DNA of 64,000 bases from an uncultured Clostridia bacterium (GCA_944349895.1 CALVNQ010000002.1:11710-75709), one strand, 5' to 3'; counted from the stretch's first letter, positions 49,137-59,970 are shown. The notes: generated by a model from the letters alone, not told the origin. Numbers and translations are program-made.

Positions 49137-49460
49137 ATGAACAGAGAACTTAAAAAACTTGCACTTAATGCACGTAATAGACTTATTAACAAAGGAGAAA
49201 ATCGCTTAACTAAATTTCCAAACTCATTAAGTCCAAATATTAGGTTCAAAGTCATTTCTTCCTCCGATGAAACTTTTGATAATAGGGCTAGAGAAATTCT
49301 TGAAAAAGATTCACTTAATCCTATTCGTGAGCTAATGGATGAAAATTATTATAAATCTTTGAATGAAGGTATGCGTGAAAAATATTTATTAGAAATTATA
49401 GAAAAGTTTGTTAAGGTTAAAAAACAAATTGAAAAAGAAGAGCGAAAGTTAGTTTACTAA
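49137..49460 (+). CDS. hypothetical protein (107 aa, charged, helical)
   Basis: AAAAGGAG SD 6 nt upstream of the ATG at 49137. I recognise no family. Confidence 0.6.
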   Translation: MNRELKKLALNARNRLINKGENRLTKFPNSLSPNIRFKVISSSDETFDNRAREILEKDSLNPIRELMDENYYKSLNEGMREKYLLEIIEKFVKVKKQIEKEERKLVY

Positions 49461-49487
49461 TTATTTCTTATATGATAAAATAATTCC

Positions 49488-51659
49488 ATGGAATCATTTA
49501 ATATTAATTGCCTTAATGACGAACAACAAAAAGCTCTTGTCGAAACCGAAGGGGCTATTCTTGTCACTGCTGGAGCGGGAAGTGGTAAAACCAGGCTTCT
49601 GACTCACAGAGTGGCTTTTTTAATTTCTAGAGGAGTAGACCCTTATAATATTCTTGCTATTACTTTCACCAATAAAGCTACCAAAGAAATGGAAACTAGA
49701 GTTAAAAAAATGTGTGATAATTCTGGTCAAATTTGGATTTCTACCTTTCATGCGATGTGTGCCAAAATTCTTAGAATTGATATTGATAAATTAGGTTATC
49801 AACCTTCTTTTACTATTTACGCAGAAGATGACAGTGAGAAAATTGTTAAAGAAATTTTAAAAGATAGGCTATTGGCTGAAGATAAATGGAAAAAAACTGT
49901 TTTATTTCATATTTCAAATTGGAAAAATTCGGTGTTGTCTTTGAATGAATATAAGCTGCTCAACAGTGAAGTCGAAAATATTTCCAAAATTATTTCTATA
50001 ATTGAAGAATATGAGTCAAGGCTGAAAAAAAATAATGCACTTGACTTTGATGACCTCTTAATTAAAACTTACAATTTATTTTCAAATTTTGAAGAGGTTA
50101 GATATAAATATGCCAACAGATTTAAATATATTTTGGTCGATGAATTCCAGGATACAAATTCAGTTCAGTATGAATTGTTAAAACAACTCTCTTCTGTGCA
50201 CGGTAATATTTTTGTGGTCGGTGATGAAGATCAATGTATTTATTCTTGGCGAGGAGCTAACTTTAAAAACATTTTTAATTTTAAAAAAGATTTCAATAAT
50301 GTTAAAATTTTTAAATTAGAAAGAAATTATAGATCGACTTCTAAAATTTTGGATAAAGCAAATATGCTTATTTCACATAATTGTTCTCGTTTAAACAAAA
50401 AACTTTGGACCGAAAATATAGGCGGAGAGGAACCTGTTATTTATAATGCTGTTGACGAAAGAGATGAAGCACTTTTTGTCGCAAGTAATATTGATAGAAT
50501 GATTGGTATGGGAGACAAACCTTCAGATTTTGCTGTGTTAATGAGAATGAATGCTCTTTCTAGAAATTTGGAGGAAGCTTTTCTTTCATATAATATTCCT
50601 CATAGAATCTTTGGGGGATATAAATTTTATGAGAGAGCAGAAATTAAGCTTATTATTTCTTATTTAAGACTTTTTGTTAATCCTAATGATGATGTAGCTT
50701 TTCTTAAAGTAATTAATTCTCCTAGACGGGGTATCGGTGATAGCGCTATTGAAAATTTGAAAGATGTTGCTGGCAGTCAATCTTTACTTTTTACTGTTTT
50801 ACACAATTTTGCTTGTTTAAAACCTCAATTTATTAAAAAATTTCAAGATTTTATTGAAATTTTTAATGAGTTATCTAACTTGCAAGTTGGTTTATCTGAT
50901 TTTGTTACCGAGGTAATCAATAAATTTAAAATTCGAGATATTTATAATAAACAAACCGAAGAAGGTTTTGATAAACTTATGAACATATCTTCATTTGAAG
51001 CTGCAGTTCGAGAGTTTGAAAAACTTAACATCGATGCTGGGCTTTCCGATTTTTTAGAAAGTATTACTCTCTCTGTCGATACTGATGAAATTGGAGAGGG
51101 AGGGTGCGTCACGATTGCAACAGTTCATGCTGTTAAAGGCTTAGAATTTAAAACCGTTTTTATTGTGGGACTTGAAGAAGGTATTTTTCCTATTTTAAGG
51201 TCCACATCTGTTTCTGATATTGAAGAGGAAAGGCGACTTTTATATGTGGCAATTACAAGAGCTCAAAAAAAAGTTTTTTTGTCTCATTGTTCTAAAAGAT
51301 TTTTGTATGGGAACAGTTCTTATCAGAACCCAAGCAGATTTTGCAAAGAGCTCGGTTATTATCAATTCAATCCTAGAACTATTGATGAAAATAATATTAT
51401 CAATTCTGGTTTTAGTTTTGCAGAAAATAAATCTTATGTGTTTAATAAATCTAAATTTTTAACTTCTACAAAAAATGAGGCGCAGGCCAAAGATGTTTCA
51501 ATTTATTCTATTGGACAAAAAGTGAAACATCCCAAATTTGGGGAAGGACTTATTAAGTTTATTTCCGATGATGGACTTGTCGGCGACATTGATTTTGATG
51601 GCTTTGGAGTTAAAAGTTTAATGTTAGATATTGCACCATTAGTAATTTTGGAGGATTAG
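49488..51659 (+). CDS. pcrA: ATP-dependent DNA helicase PcrA (UvrD family)
   Basis: Walker A AGAGSGKT, motif II VDEFQDTN, and the conserved pcrA-ligA pairing. Confidence 0.9.
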   Translation: MESFNINCLNDEQQKALVETEGAILVTAGAGSGKTRLLTHRVAFLISRGVDPYNILAITFTNKATKEMETRVKKMCDNSGQIWISTFHAMCAKILRIDIDKLGYQPSFTIYAEDDSEKIVKEILKDRLLAEDKWKKTVLFHISNWKNSVLSLNEYKLLNSEVENISKIISIIEEYESRLKKNNALDFDDLLIKTYNLFSNFEEVRYKYANRFKYILVDEFQDTNSVQYELLKQLSSVHGNIFVVGDEDQCIYSWRGANFKNIFNFKKDFNNVKIFKLERNYRSTSKILDKANMLISHNCSRLNKKLWTENIGGEEPVIYNAVDERDEALFVASNIDRMIGMGDKPSDFAVLMRMNALSRNLEEAFLSYNIPHRIFGGYKFYERAEIKLIISYLRLFVNPNDDVAFLKVINSPRRGIGDSAIENLKDVAGSQSLLFTVLHNFACLKPQFIKKFQDFIEIFNELSNLQVGLSDFVTEVINKFKIRDIYNKQTEEGFDKLMNISSFEAAVREFEKLNIDAGLSDFLESITLSVDTDEIGEGGCVTIATVHAVKGLEFKTVFIVGLEEGIFPILRSTSVSDIEEERRLLYVAITRAQKKVFLSHCSKRFLYGNSSYQNPSRFCKELGYYQFNPRTIDENNIINSGFSFAENKSYVFNKSKFLTSTKNEAQAKDVSIYSIGQKVKHPKFGEGLIKFISDDGLVGDIDFDGFGVKSLMLDIAPLVILED

Positions 51660-51660
51660 T

Positions 51661-53619
51661 ATGAATAAAAAAGATGAAATGAAAGCTTTGGTGGAGCAAA
51701 TAAATTTGCATAATCATAATTATTATGATTTAGATTCGCCTACCATTTCTGATGCCGAATATGATAAGCTTTATTACAAACTTGTAGATTTAGAAAATGA
51801 AACTGGCATAGTTTTGCCTAATTCTCCGACTTTGCGAGTGGGGGGAGAGGTCCTTGATGCGTTTAAGAAAAAACAACATCCTAAAAAATTGTATTCGCTA
51901 AACAAAGTAAGAGACAAAGAAGATTTAAGTAATTGGTTTAACGATATGAAACATATTAATCCTAATATGTCTTTTTCAATTGAGTATAAATTTGATGGTT
52001 TGCATTTAGTACTTGAATATGACGAAGGAAAGTTTGTGGGGGCTACCACCCGTGGGAACGGTTATATTGGAGAAGATGTTAGTCAGCAAGTTAAAACTAT
52101 CAGATCGGTGCCACTTGTTATACCTTTCAAAAGTCATTTATTTGTCGAAGGTGAAGGCATGATGACTAATCATGCTTTGAAAATTTTTAACAGAAAAGCA
52201 ACAGAAAAACTAAAAAATGCAAGGAATGCGGCAGCTGGAGCTATTCGAAATTTAGATCCTAAAGAAACTGCTAAGAGAAATTTAGATTTTTTTTGCTATG
52301 CAGTTTTGAAGGCAGATAATATTTCTTTTCAGACTCAAGAAGAAATACATCAATTTTTATCAGATAATGGTTTTAATACCGGAGAATATTTCAGAATAGT
52401 AAATTCATGTTCAGATATTATTAATGAAATTAACAAAATTGATAAAGTTAAAAATGATTTAGATATTTTGATAGACGGGGCAGTAGTTAGTATAAATGAA
52501 ATTAAATTTAGAGATCAAATTGGTTGGACTACAAAGTTTCCTAAATGGGCTGTTGCTTTTAAATTTGAAGCGCAAGAAATTTCCACTTTACTTAAAGATG
52601 TTGTTTGGCAAGTTGGTAGGACAGGTAAGGTTACTCCTATTGCAATCTTGGATCCTGTTGAACTGGCAGGGGCAACTGTTCAAAAAGCAACTTTAAATAA
52701 TTATGATGATATTAAAAGGAAAAATATTTCTATTGGTAGCAGAGTTTTTGTTAGAAGAAGTAATGAGGTTATACCAGAAGTGCTTGGCTTAGCAGAAAAA
52801 TATGAAAATTCAGAAGAGATTTCGGAAATTAAATTTTGTCCTTCTTGTAATTGCAAATTAATAAAAAAAGGGCCATTGTTGTTTTGTCCAAACCATGAAA
52901 ATTGTTTTGAGCAAATTGAGGGGAGAATAACCCATTTTGCATCTAGGGATGCTTTTAATATTGATGGATTGAGCGAGAAGACCGTTGCAGTTTTGATTAA
53001 AGAATTAAATGTGAAATATCCCTCAGATTTGTTTACTCTGACCCACCTCGATTTTTTGAAATTGGATAAATTTAAAGATAAAAAGGCTAAGAATCTTGAA
53101 AAGGCTATTGAGGATTGTAAAAAAATTGAATTATTTAGATTTATTTATGCATTAGGTATTAGCGAAGTTGGTATTAAAACTGCTAGAGATGTTGCTAATG
53201 CGTTTGGTTCTTTAGATAATATTCAATCAGCTTCTCTTCAAAATATCGAATCTATTTCTGATATTGGTCCCATTATTTCTAAAAATATTTTTGATTTTTT
53301 TAATGATGAAAGAAATATTTATGAGATAAAAAAATTGCTTAATAATGGTGTGGAAATTTTACTCCCTACGCCTAAAAACTCATCTTCCAATTTATTTAAG
53401 AAAAAATTTGTTTTGACGGGAACTTTGCCTAATATGTCTAGGGCGCAAGCAAGTGAGTTAATATTACAAAATGGTGGCGAAATTTTAAGTGCTGTTTCTA
53501 AAAATGTTGATTATCTTATTGCCGGAGAGAATCCAGGTTCTAAACTTCAAAGAGCGCAAGAGCTTAATATTACTGTTATTTCAGAAGATGATTTTTTAAA
53601 ATTAATTTCTAAAAATTAG
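51661..53619 (+). CDS. ligA: NAD-dependent DNA ligase LigA
   Basis: Adenylation motif EYKFDG, a Zn finger CPSCNCKL..CPN, HhH repeats, and a C-terminal BRCT. Confidence 0.96.
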   Translation: MNKKDEMKALVEQINLHNHNYYDLDSPTISDAEYDKLYYKLVDLENETGIVLPNSPTLRVGGEVLDAFKKKQHPKKLYSLNKVRDKEDLSNWFNDMKHINPNMSFSIEYKFDGLHLVLEYDEGKFVGATTRGNGYIGEDVSQQVKTIRSVPLVIPFKSHLFVEGEGMMTNHALKIFNRKATEKLKNARNAAAGAIRNLDPKETAKRNLDFFCYAVLKADNISFQTQEEIHQFLSDNGFNTGEYFRIVNSCSDIINEINKIDKVKNDLDILIDGAVVSINEIKFRDQIGWTTKFPKWAVAFKFEAQEISTLLKDVVWQVGRTGKVTPIAILDPVELAGATVQKATLNNYDDIKRKNISIGSRVFVRRSNEVIPEVLGLAEKYENSEEISEIKFCPSCNCKLIKKGPLLFCPNHENCFEQIEGRITHFASRDAFNIDGLSEKTVAVLIKELNVKYPSDLFTLTHLDFLKLDKFKDKKAKNLEKAIEDCKKIELFRFIYALGISEVGIKTARDVANAFGSLDNIQSASLQNIESISDIGPIISKNIFDFFNDERNIYEIKKLLNNGVEILLPTPKNSSSNLFKKKFVLTGTLPNMSRAQASELILQNGGEILSAVSKNVDYLIAGENPGSKLQRAQELNITVISEDDFLKLISKN

Positions 53620-53650
53620 GTAATAAATATTAAAAATTTCTTTTATTTTC

Positions 53651-53679
53651 TTGACTTTTTCCTTGGTTGTTGATATATT
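53651..53679 (+). promoter_or_regulatory. sigma-A promoter of the str operon (extended -10)
   Basis: TTGACT-17 nt (ending TGA)-TATATT. It is followed by a ~195-nt leader before rpsL. Confidence 0.6.
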
Positions 53680-53875
53680 ATTTAAGTCTTGTTGTCGGAG
53701 ACTGTCTTTTTTAAGGCATAAACAAACGACAAGTGGAGGTAAAACTAACCTTTTCACTGATTTGGCGATGTTATTTTCGTCAAAGTCACAAATATGTTGT
53801 GATTGTGTTGTTCATGTTTAAGAGAGAAAAAAATTAAGGCTTTTGCCTAGACAAAATTTATATAAGGAGGAAAAT

Positions 53876-54250
53876 ATGCCAACAATTAATCAACTCGTTA
53901 GACAAGGTAGAAAAACTTTTGATAAAAAATCAAAAGCTCCAATTCTTGAAGAATGTCCTCAAAAAAGAGGAGTTTGCCTTTCTGTTAGAACTGCCACGCC
54001 TAAAAAACCTAACTCTGCCCTTCGTAAAATTGCAAGAGTTAAGTTCTCAAATGGTCAGGAAGGCACTTGTTATATCCCTGGAATTGGTCATAACCTTCAA
54101 GAACACAGTGTTGTGCTTGTTAGGGGCGGAAGGGTTAAGGATTTGCCTGGTGTAAGATACCACATAATCAGAGGAACTCTCGATGCTGCTGGTGTTGCAA
54201 AAAGAAGTCAATCTCGCTCTAAGTATGGCGCAAAAAGACCAAAAAAATAA
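53876..54250 (+). CDS. rpsL: 30S ribosomal protein S12
   Basis: [13 protein letters not shown]...[19 protein letters not shown]. Confidence 0.97.
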   Translation: MPTINQLVRQGRKTFDKKSKAPILEECPQKRGVCLSVRTATPKKPNSALRKIARVKFSNGQEGTCYIPGIGHNLQEHSVVLVRGGRVKDLPGVRYHIIRGTLDAAGVAKRSQSRSKYGAKRPKK

Positions 54251-54331
54251 TAGGTGAAATTTTTAATTCTTAATCTATTTTTTGTTTTTTAATATTTTTT
54301 CAAATTTTTAATTTAATAGGAGGATAAAAAA

Positions 54332-54805
54332 ATGGCTAGAAGAAATAGTGCCGTTAAAAAACCTGTCCTTCCTGATCCAATTTATAAAAGCAAGATTGTT
54401 ACTAAACTCATTAATCAAGTTATGTTTGATGGAAAAAAAGGCCTTGCTCAAAGAATTGTTTATGGTGCTTTTGATATCATAAAGGAAAAAACAGGTTTGG
54501 AAGCTATAGAAGTTTTTAATCAAGCTCTTGAAAATGTTAAACCTTTGCTTGAAACTAAATCAAGAAGAGTTGGTGGGGCAAATTATCAAGTCCCTATGGA
54601 AATCAGACCAGAAAGAAGACAAACTCTTGCAATTAGATGGCTTGTTACTTTTGCTAGAAAACGTACTGGCGAAAGAAATATGGATGAAAAACTTGCAGGC
54701 GAGATTATTGACGCTTACAACGGAAGCGGTGCATCGATTAAAAGAAGAGATGAACTTCATAGAATGGCTGAAGCAAACAAAGCTTTTGCTCATTACCGTT
54801 GGTAA
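54332..54805 (+). CDS. rpsG: 30S ribosomal protein S7
   Basis: [18 protein letters not shown]...[10 protein letters not shown]. Confidence 0.97.
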   Translation: MARRNSAVKKPVLPDPIYKSKIVTKLINQVMFDGKKGLAQRIVYGAFDIIKEKTGLEAIEVFNQALENVKPLLETKSRRVGGANYQVPMEIRPERRQTLAIRWLVTFARKRTGERNMDEKLAGEIIDAYNGSGASIKRRDELHRMAEANKAFAHYRW

Positions 54806-54828
54806 TTTTATAAAGGAGAATTATTTAT

Positions 54829-56907
54829 ATGGCTACTACCGATTTAAAAATGACAAGAAACGTTGGGATTATGGCTCATATTGACGCAGGAAAAACTACA
54901 ACTACAGAAAGAATACTTTTCTATACCGGCAAAAGCCACAAAATCGGAGAAGTTCATGATGGACAAGCTACAATGGATTGGATGGCCCAGGAACAAGAAA
55001 GAGGTATCACAATTACTTCTGCTTGTACAACTTGTAATTGGAAAGACCACAAAATAAACATCATAGACACTCCAGGACACGTTGATTTTACTGTTGAAGT
55101 TGAAAGATCATTAAAAGTTCTTGATGGCTCAGTGCTTGTTTTAAGTGCGCGTGATAAAGTGCAACCTCAAACCGAAACAGTTTGGCGTCAAGCTACTAAA
55201 TATAAAGTCCCAATTATTGTTTATGTTAATAAAATGGACAGAGATGCAGCTGATTTTATGGGTTGTGTTGAGTCAATAGAAAAAAGGTTGAAAACCAAAA
55301 CTTTGCCTATTCAGTTGAATATTGGCGAAGCAGACACTTTTACCGGTATCATAGACCTTTTAACCATGAAGGCAGAAATTTATAAAGATGACATGGGAAA
55401 AGAAATTGAAATTACTGAAATACCTGCCGATTATAAAGATAAAGCACAAAAACTTCATGATGAAATGGTGGAAAAGATTGTTGAGACTGATGATAAGCTC
55501 TTGGAAAAATATTTTGAAGGAGAAGAAATATCAATCGAAGAACTTAAATCTGCTATTAGAAAAGGTACAATTGAAAGAAAATTTACACCTATTCTTTGTG
55601 GTTCATCTTATAAGAATAAAGGTGTTCAAATGTTGTTAGATGCAATGGTTGATTATTTGCCTTCGCCTGTTGATATACCTCCAATAAAAGGTATTAATCC
55701 TGATACAGGTGAAGAAGAATCAAGAGAAGCTAGCGAAACAGCTCCTTTTGCAGGCCTTGCTTTTAAAATCATGACTGACCCATTTGTTGGGGGATTAACA
55801 TTCTTCAGAGTTTATAGTGGACTTTTGAAAGCTGGTTCTTATGTTTACAATTCTATCACTGGTAAAACAGAAAGAGTTGGAAGACTTATAAGAATGCATG
55901 CAAATAATCGTCAAGAAATTACAGAAGTTGGAGCAGGAGATATCGCTGCCATTGTAGGTCTCAAAGATACAATCACTGGACATACTTTGTGTGATGAAAA
56001 GCATCCTATTCAACTTGAAAGCATGGATTTCCCTGAACCTGTTATACAACTCGCTATCGAGCCTAAAACAAAAGATATGCAGGAAAAAATGGCTTTAGCT
56101 CTTGCAAAATTAATGCGAGAAGATCCTACTTTTAGAGTTACTACCAACCAAGAAACTGGACAAACACTTATCGCAGGAATGGGTGAATTGCACCTTGATA
56201 TAATTGTAGATAGACTCTTGAGAGAATTCAAAGTTGAAGCTAACATCGGTAACCCACAAGTTTCTTATAGAGAAACCATTAGGAAACCGGTTAAAGCAGA
56301 AGGTAAGTTTATTCGTCAATCTGGCGGTAAAGGACAATATGGACACTGTATCATTGAAATGGAACCTCTCCCAGCCGGATCAGGATATGAATTTGTTGAT
56401 AAAACTGTTGGTGGTTCTATTCCTAAGGAATATATACAACCAGTTAATAATGGTATAAACGAAGCTAGAATGAATGGTGTTGTTGCTGGTTATGAAACCG
56501 TTGATTTTAGAGTTACTGTTGTCGATGGTTCTTATCATGAAGTAGACTCTTCTGAAATGGCGTTCAAAATCGCTGGTTCAATGGCTTTCCAAGATGGAGC
56601 TAAAAAAGCTGACCCTGTTTTGCTCGAGCCAATCATGAAAGTTTCTGTGGAAGTTCCCGATGAATATTTAGGAACAGTTATGGGAAATCTCACTTCTCGT
56701 CGTGGGATGTTGACCGGTACTGAATCTAATTTGGGCATACAAATCGTTACTGCCGAAGTGCCTCTCGCAGAGATGTTCGGTTACGCAACAGACCTTAGAA
56801 GCCAAACTCAAGGCAGAGGAAATTACGTTATGGAGCCACTTAAGTATCAGGAAGTTCCTAAATCTATTTCTGAAAAAATTGTTGGTGAAAGGGCAAAAAG
56901 AAATTAA
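54829..56907 (+). CDS. fusA: elongation factor G
   Basis: [18 protein letters not shown] and DTPGHVDF motifs. 692 aa. Confidence 0.97.
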   Translation: MATTDLKMTRNVGIMAHIDAGKTTTTERILFYTGKSHKIGEVHDGQATMDWMAQEQERGITITSACTTCNWKDHKINIIDTPGHVDFTVEVERSLKVLDGSVLVLSARDKVQPQTETVWRQATKYKVPIIVYVNKMDRDAADFMGCVESIEKRLKTKTLPIQLNIGEADTFTGIIDLLTMKAEIYKDDMGKEIEITEIPADYKDKAQKLHDEMVEKIVETDDKLLEKYFEGEEISIEELKSAIRKGTIERKFTPILCGSSYKNKGVQMLLDAMVDYLPSPVDIPPIKGINPDTGEEESREASETAPFAGLAFKIMTDPFVGGLTFFRVYSGLLKAGSYVYNSITGKTERVGRLIRMHANNRQEITEVGAGDIAAIVGLKDTITGHTLCDEKHPIQLESMDFPEPVIQLAIEPKTKDMQEKMALALAKLMREDPTFRVTTNQETGQTLIAGMGELHLDIIVDRLLREFKVEANIGNPQVSYRETIRKPVKAEGKFIRQSGGKGQYGHCIIEMEPLPAGSGYEFVDKTVGGSIPKEYIQPVNNGINEARMNGVVAGYETVDFRVTVVDGSYHEVDSSEMAFKIAGSMAFQDGAKKADPVLLEPIMKVSVEVPDEYLGTVMGNLTSRRGMLTGTESNLGIQIVTAEVPLAEMFGYATDLRSQTQGRGNYVMEPLKYQEVPKSISEKIVGERAKRN

Positions 56908-56989
56908 AAAAAATTGTTAAATCGTTTTGAAAATATTTTTATATATGCTACAATAACAAAGTAAATTAAAAAAGGAGATTATTATAATT

Positions 56990-58192
56990 ATGGCAAAAGA
57001 ACAATTCGACCGTAGTCTTGAACATGTTAATATCGGTACTATCGGTCACGTAGACCATGGTAAAACAACTTTAACTGCAGCTATTTGCCGTTATTCTGCA
57101 ATGAAAGGCTTAGCTGACGCAATGAAATATGATGAAATTGATAAGGCCCCTGAAGAAAAAGCAAGAGGTATTACAATCAATACTGCTCACGTTGAGTATA
57201 AAACTGACAAACGTCATTATGCTCACGTAGACTGCCCAGGACACGCAGACTATGTTAAAAACATGATCACAGGTGCTGCTCAGATGGATGGAGCTATCCT
57301 TGTTGTTGCTGCAACTGATGGACCTATGCCTCAAACAAGAGAACATATTCTTCTTGCTAGACAAGTTGGTGTTCCTTATATCGTTGTATTTATGAACAAG
57401 GTTGATCAAGTTGATGATCCAGAACTTCTTGAACTTGTTGAAATGGAAATCAGAGATCTTCTTACCGAATATGGTTTCCCTGGAGATAAAACTCCTATCA
57501 TTAAAGGATCTGCTCTTAAGGCTAATGAAGCCTGCGATGCAAATGATCTTAATAGCCCAGATCTTAAACCTATTCAAGAGTTGCTTGATGCTATTGATTC
57601 TTATATACCAACTCCTCAAAGAGAAACTGATAAACCTTTCCTTATGCCTGTTGAAGATGTTTTCACAATCACAGGAAGAGGAACAGTTGCAACTGGTAGA
57701 GTAGAGCGTGGTGTTGTTAGAATGAACGATACTGTTGAAATCGTTGGTATGGGTGCTAAGAAACAAACAGTTATCACAGGTGTTGAAATGTTCAGAAAAC
57801 TGCTTGATGAAGCTAGAGCAGGTGATAACGTTGGTCTTCTTCTTCGTGGTATTCAAAGAAACGAAATTGAAAGAGGACAAGTTCTTTGCAAACCTGGTTC
57901 AATTCATCCTCACACTAAATTTACTGCTCAAGTTTACGTTCTTAAGAAAGAAGAAGGTGGACGTCATACTCCATTCTTTAACGGATATAGACCTCAATTC
58001 TATTTCAGAACAACAGACGTTACAGGAACAATTGAACTCGAAAAAGGTGTTGAAATGGTTATGCCTGGCGACCATGTTAACATGACGATTACACTTATCA
58101 CACCAATTGCTATCGAAGAAGGTCTTCGTTTTGCTATTCGTGAAGGTGGTAGAACAGTTGGTTCAGGTGTTGTTTCAACAATTATCGAATAA
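56990..58192 (+). CDS. tuf: elongation factor Tu
   Basis: [24 protein letters not shown] and NKVD motifs. 400 aa. Confidence 0.98.
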   Translation: MAKEQFDRSLEHVNIGTIGHVDHGKTTLTAAICRYSAMKGLADAMKYDEIDKAPEEKARGITINTAHVEYKTDKRHYAHVDCPGHADYVKNMITGAAQMDGAILVVAATDGPMPQTREHILLARQVGVPYIVVFMNKVDQVDDPELLELVEMEIRDLLTEYGFPGDKTPIIKGSALKANEACDANDLNSPDLKPIQELLDAIDSYIPTPQRETDKPFLMPVEDVFTITGRGTVATGRVERGVVRMNDTVEIVGMGAKKQTVITGVEMFRKLLDEARAGDNVGLLLRGIQRNEIERGQVLCKPGSIHPHTKFTAQVYVLKKEEGGRHTPFFNGYRPQFYFRTTDVTGTIELEKGVEMVMPGDHVNMTITLITPIAIEEGLRFAIREGGRTVGSGVVSTIIE

Positions 58193-58205
58193 TATATTCA
58201 GAAAT

Positions 58206-58234
58206 AAAAAACGACTTAAATAAGTCGTTTTTTT
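58206..58234 (+). terminator. intrinsic terminator after tuf
   Basis: AAAAACGACTTA-aa-TAAGTCGTTTTTTT. Confidence 0.85.
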
Positions 58235-58244
58235 CATTTTGATA

Positions 58245-58273
58245 TTGACAATCCACTTTTGGTATGTTATTAT
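58245..58273 (+). promoter_or_regulatory. sigma-A promoter (extended -10) of the LRR gene pair
   Basis: TTGACA-17 nt (ending TGT)-TATTAT. Confidence 0.6.
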
Positions 58274-58297
58274 CAAAGAGTTAAGCGGAGGGATTTT

Positions 58298-58900
58298 ATG
58301 TTTAAATATCCTGATTATAAAGATGAAGACATTTTATATATTTCAAAAATGCCTAATGCAGATGCTAATGAACAAATTCCAAAATTAAAAATAGTTGGAC
58401 CTTATGCATTTTCTAAGACTACAAGAAAAGTAGTAGAGTTGCCTGAAACTTATGTTATTGTGGGTATGGGTGCTTTTTCTACAAGTAAAATAGAGGTTTT
58501 TGTTGGTAACGAAGGTTTGGAAATGATTGATAATTACGCATTTTCTGATTGTTTTTATTTAAAAAAAGCGATTTTACCAACGACACTTAAAAGAATAGGA
58601 GATAAAACATTCTCCAATTGTTATGGGTTAGAAAAATTGGATTTACCAAGCGGACTTACTGATATGCATATTAACGCTTTAAGAGATTGTGCAAATTTAA
58701 AATACATTGCTTGTGGGGAAGATTTGGCTCTTAAAATTTATAATAATTATGAAATGTTGCCTTCTTTAAAAGGTTTATATGTTAAAGATAATGATAATAA
58801 AATTATAGGACAAATTAAAATTAATCGTTATTCAAAGGTTTATGTAGATTATAAAAATTGTTTCTATAAAAACGAAAAAGATATTGAAATAAAAGCTTAA
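58298..58900 (+). CDS. small leucine-rich-repeat protein (LRR_5/BspA-type), no signal peptide
   Basis: Repeats of the form I..YAFS.C..LKK..LP..LK.IG...F..C..L. Start at MFKYPDY behind a GCGGAGGG SD. Confidence 0.6.
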   Translation: MFKYPDYKDEDILYISKMPNADANEQIPKLKIVGPYAFSKTTRKVVELPETYVIVGMGAFSTSKIEVFVGNEGLEMIDNYAFSDCFYLKKAILPTTLKRIGDKTFSNCYGLEKLDLPSGLTDMHINALRDCANLKYIACGEDLALKIYNNYEMLPSLKGLYVKDNDNKIIGQIKINRYSKVYVDYKNCFYKNEKDIEIKA

Positions 58901-58912
58901 AGGAGTATCGAA

Positions 58913-59476
58913 ATGGGAAAAAATAAAAATAAAAAAGAAAATAACACAGGTCTAAAATATGATACCGTTGTGCCAGAAGGGGTGAAGGAAATTGGTATAG
59001 AAGAATATATGGGTGAAGAAAATGTTGGAAATGTCTATTTACCTGATTCTTGTGAAAAAATATGGGCAAGAGCTTTTTTAGGTAGTGATATAGAATCGAT
59101 AACAGCATTTAATATAATTGAACTAGGTAATGCAGCTTTTGAAAAATGCCGCTTGCTTTTTCGTGCAATATTGCCAGAGTCTGTTAAAAAAATTGGAGAT
59201 AGGTGTTTTAAAGGATGTACTGCTCTTGAAGAAGCTTATATACCTTACGGGGTCGAAGAAGTTGGTGAAAATGTGTTTGATGGATGTGTCTCATTGTCAA
59301 AATTAACTTGTCCAGAGTATTTATTGCCAAAGCTTGTTCACCTATTAGAAGCCAACAATAATTTAAAACAAATATGTATTATTGACGAAAATGGGAATGT
59401 TAGTAGGACAGTTGAGCGTACTTCTCCAAAACCTAGAAATAATGATTTTGTTGGGCTTACAAAACTAATCCAGTGA
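58913..59476 (+). CDS. small leucine-rich-repeat protein (LRR_5/BspA-type), paralogue of upstream gene
   Basis: AFEKCRLL..AILPESVKKIGDRCFKGCTALEEAYIPYGVEEVGENVFDGCVSL. AAAGGAG SD 12 nt after the upstream stop. No signal peptide. Confidence 0.6.
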   Translation: MGKNKNKKENNTGLKYDTVVPEGVKEIGIEEYMGEENVGNVYLPDSCEKIWARAFLGSDIESITAFNIIELGNAAFEKCRLLFRAILPESVKKIGDRCFKGCTALEEAYIPYGVEEVGENVFDGCVSLSKLTCPEYLLPKLVHLLEANNNLKQICIIDENGNVSRTVERTSPKPRNNDFVGLTKLIQ

Positions 59477-59598
59477 AAATAAATTAGAAAAAAGATAAAA
59501 GTCTTAATTTATTTAAGATTTTTATTTTTTTATTGAATTTGTGTTATCAAAAGCTTGTCTTTATTTTTTTTTATGGTAAAATGAAAATGGGAGTATGT

Positions 59599-59970
59599 AT
59601 GGGAATATTTACTGAGATATTTAAAGCTCTTGGGTTCGAATCTGAATCTGAAAACAATGGTAATTCAAGAAAAAAAGTTAAAAAAGTGGAGCCTAAGGCA
59701 TCGTTTAATTTAAAAAAAGATAGAATCGAACGTCCTGATAGAATTGATGGAGTTAAAGTTTTTTATATCGAAAATTTTGAAGATTGCAAAAAAGCCATCG
59801 ATTTGTTTAAAAATGATGAACCTGTTTTAATTAATTTTGAATATGCCGATGATAAACTAAAAGCATTAGGTTTTTTTGAAGGGGCAATATTTATGTCAAA
59901 GGGATCTATGGAGACTATAGAGGAAAACAAACTTATTATATTGCTACCCGAAGGAGTGGAAATTGAATAA
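59599..59970 (+). CDS. sepF: cell division protein SepF
   Basis: N-terminal amphipathic MGIFTEIFKALGF. Core VKVFYIENFEDCKKAIDLFKNDEPVLINFE. Confidence 0.75.
   Translation: MGIFTEIFKALGFESESENNGNSRKKVKKVEPKASFNLKKDRIERPDRIDGVKVFYIENFEDCKKAIDLFKNDEPVLINFEYADDKLKALGFFEGAIFMSKGSMETIEENKLIILLPEGVEIE

Noticed and set aside
53768-53821. A 17-codon uORF (MLFSSKSQICCDCVVHV) in the str-operon leader.
   Set aside because: It has no SD and no recognisable family, and was noted only because of the Cys pattern. It cannot be supported from sequence alone.
53843-53875. N-terminal extensions given by the ORF track. Examples are rpsL from 53843, dnaK from 43739, hrcA from 42140, tsaD from 39730, rsmE from 46735, the U32 gene from 40825, der from 29651, sepF from 59533, the LRR gene from 58259, ylmC from 26266, the unknown gene from 49101 and sigG from 25471.
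   Set aside because: In each case a downstream ATG with a proper SD and/or the conserved family N-terminus is the more plausible start. Several of the extensions run through terminators or the preceding gene.
57110-57880. A 256-aa ORF on the minus strand.
   Set aside because: It lies entirely antisense to tuf. Its sequence is low-complexity, Ser/Asn/Ile/Phe/Cys-rich, and looks like no protein family I recognise. Long antisense ORFs are expected opposite highly codon-biased genes in AT-rich genomes.
59627-59640. A GGGTTCGAATC T-loop-like motif.
   Set aside because: It is inside sepF, coding for LGFES, with no complementary stem or remaining tRNA structure. I found no tRNA or rRNA genes anywhere in the window by eye.
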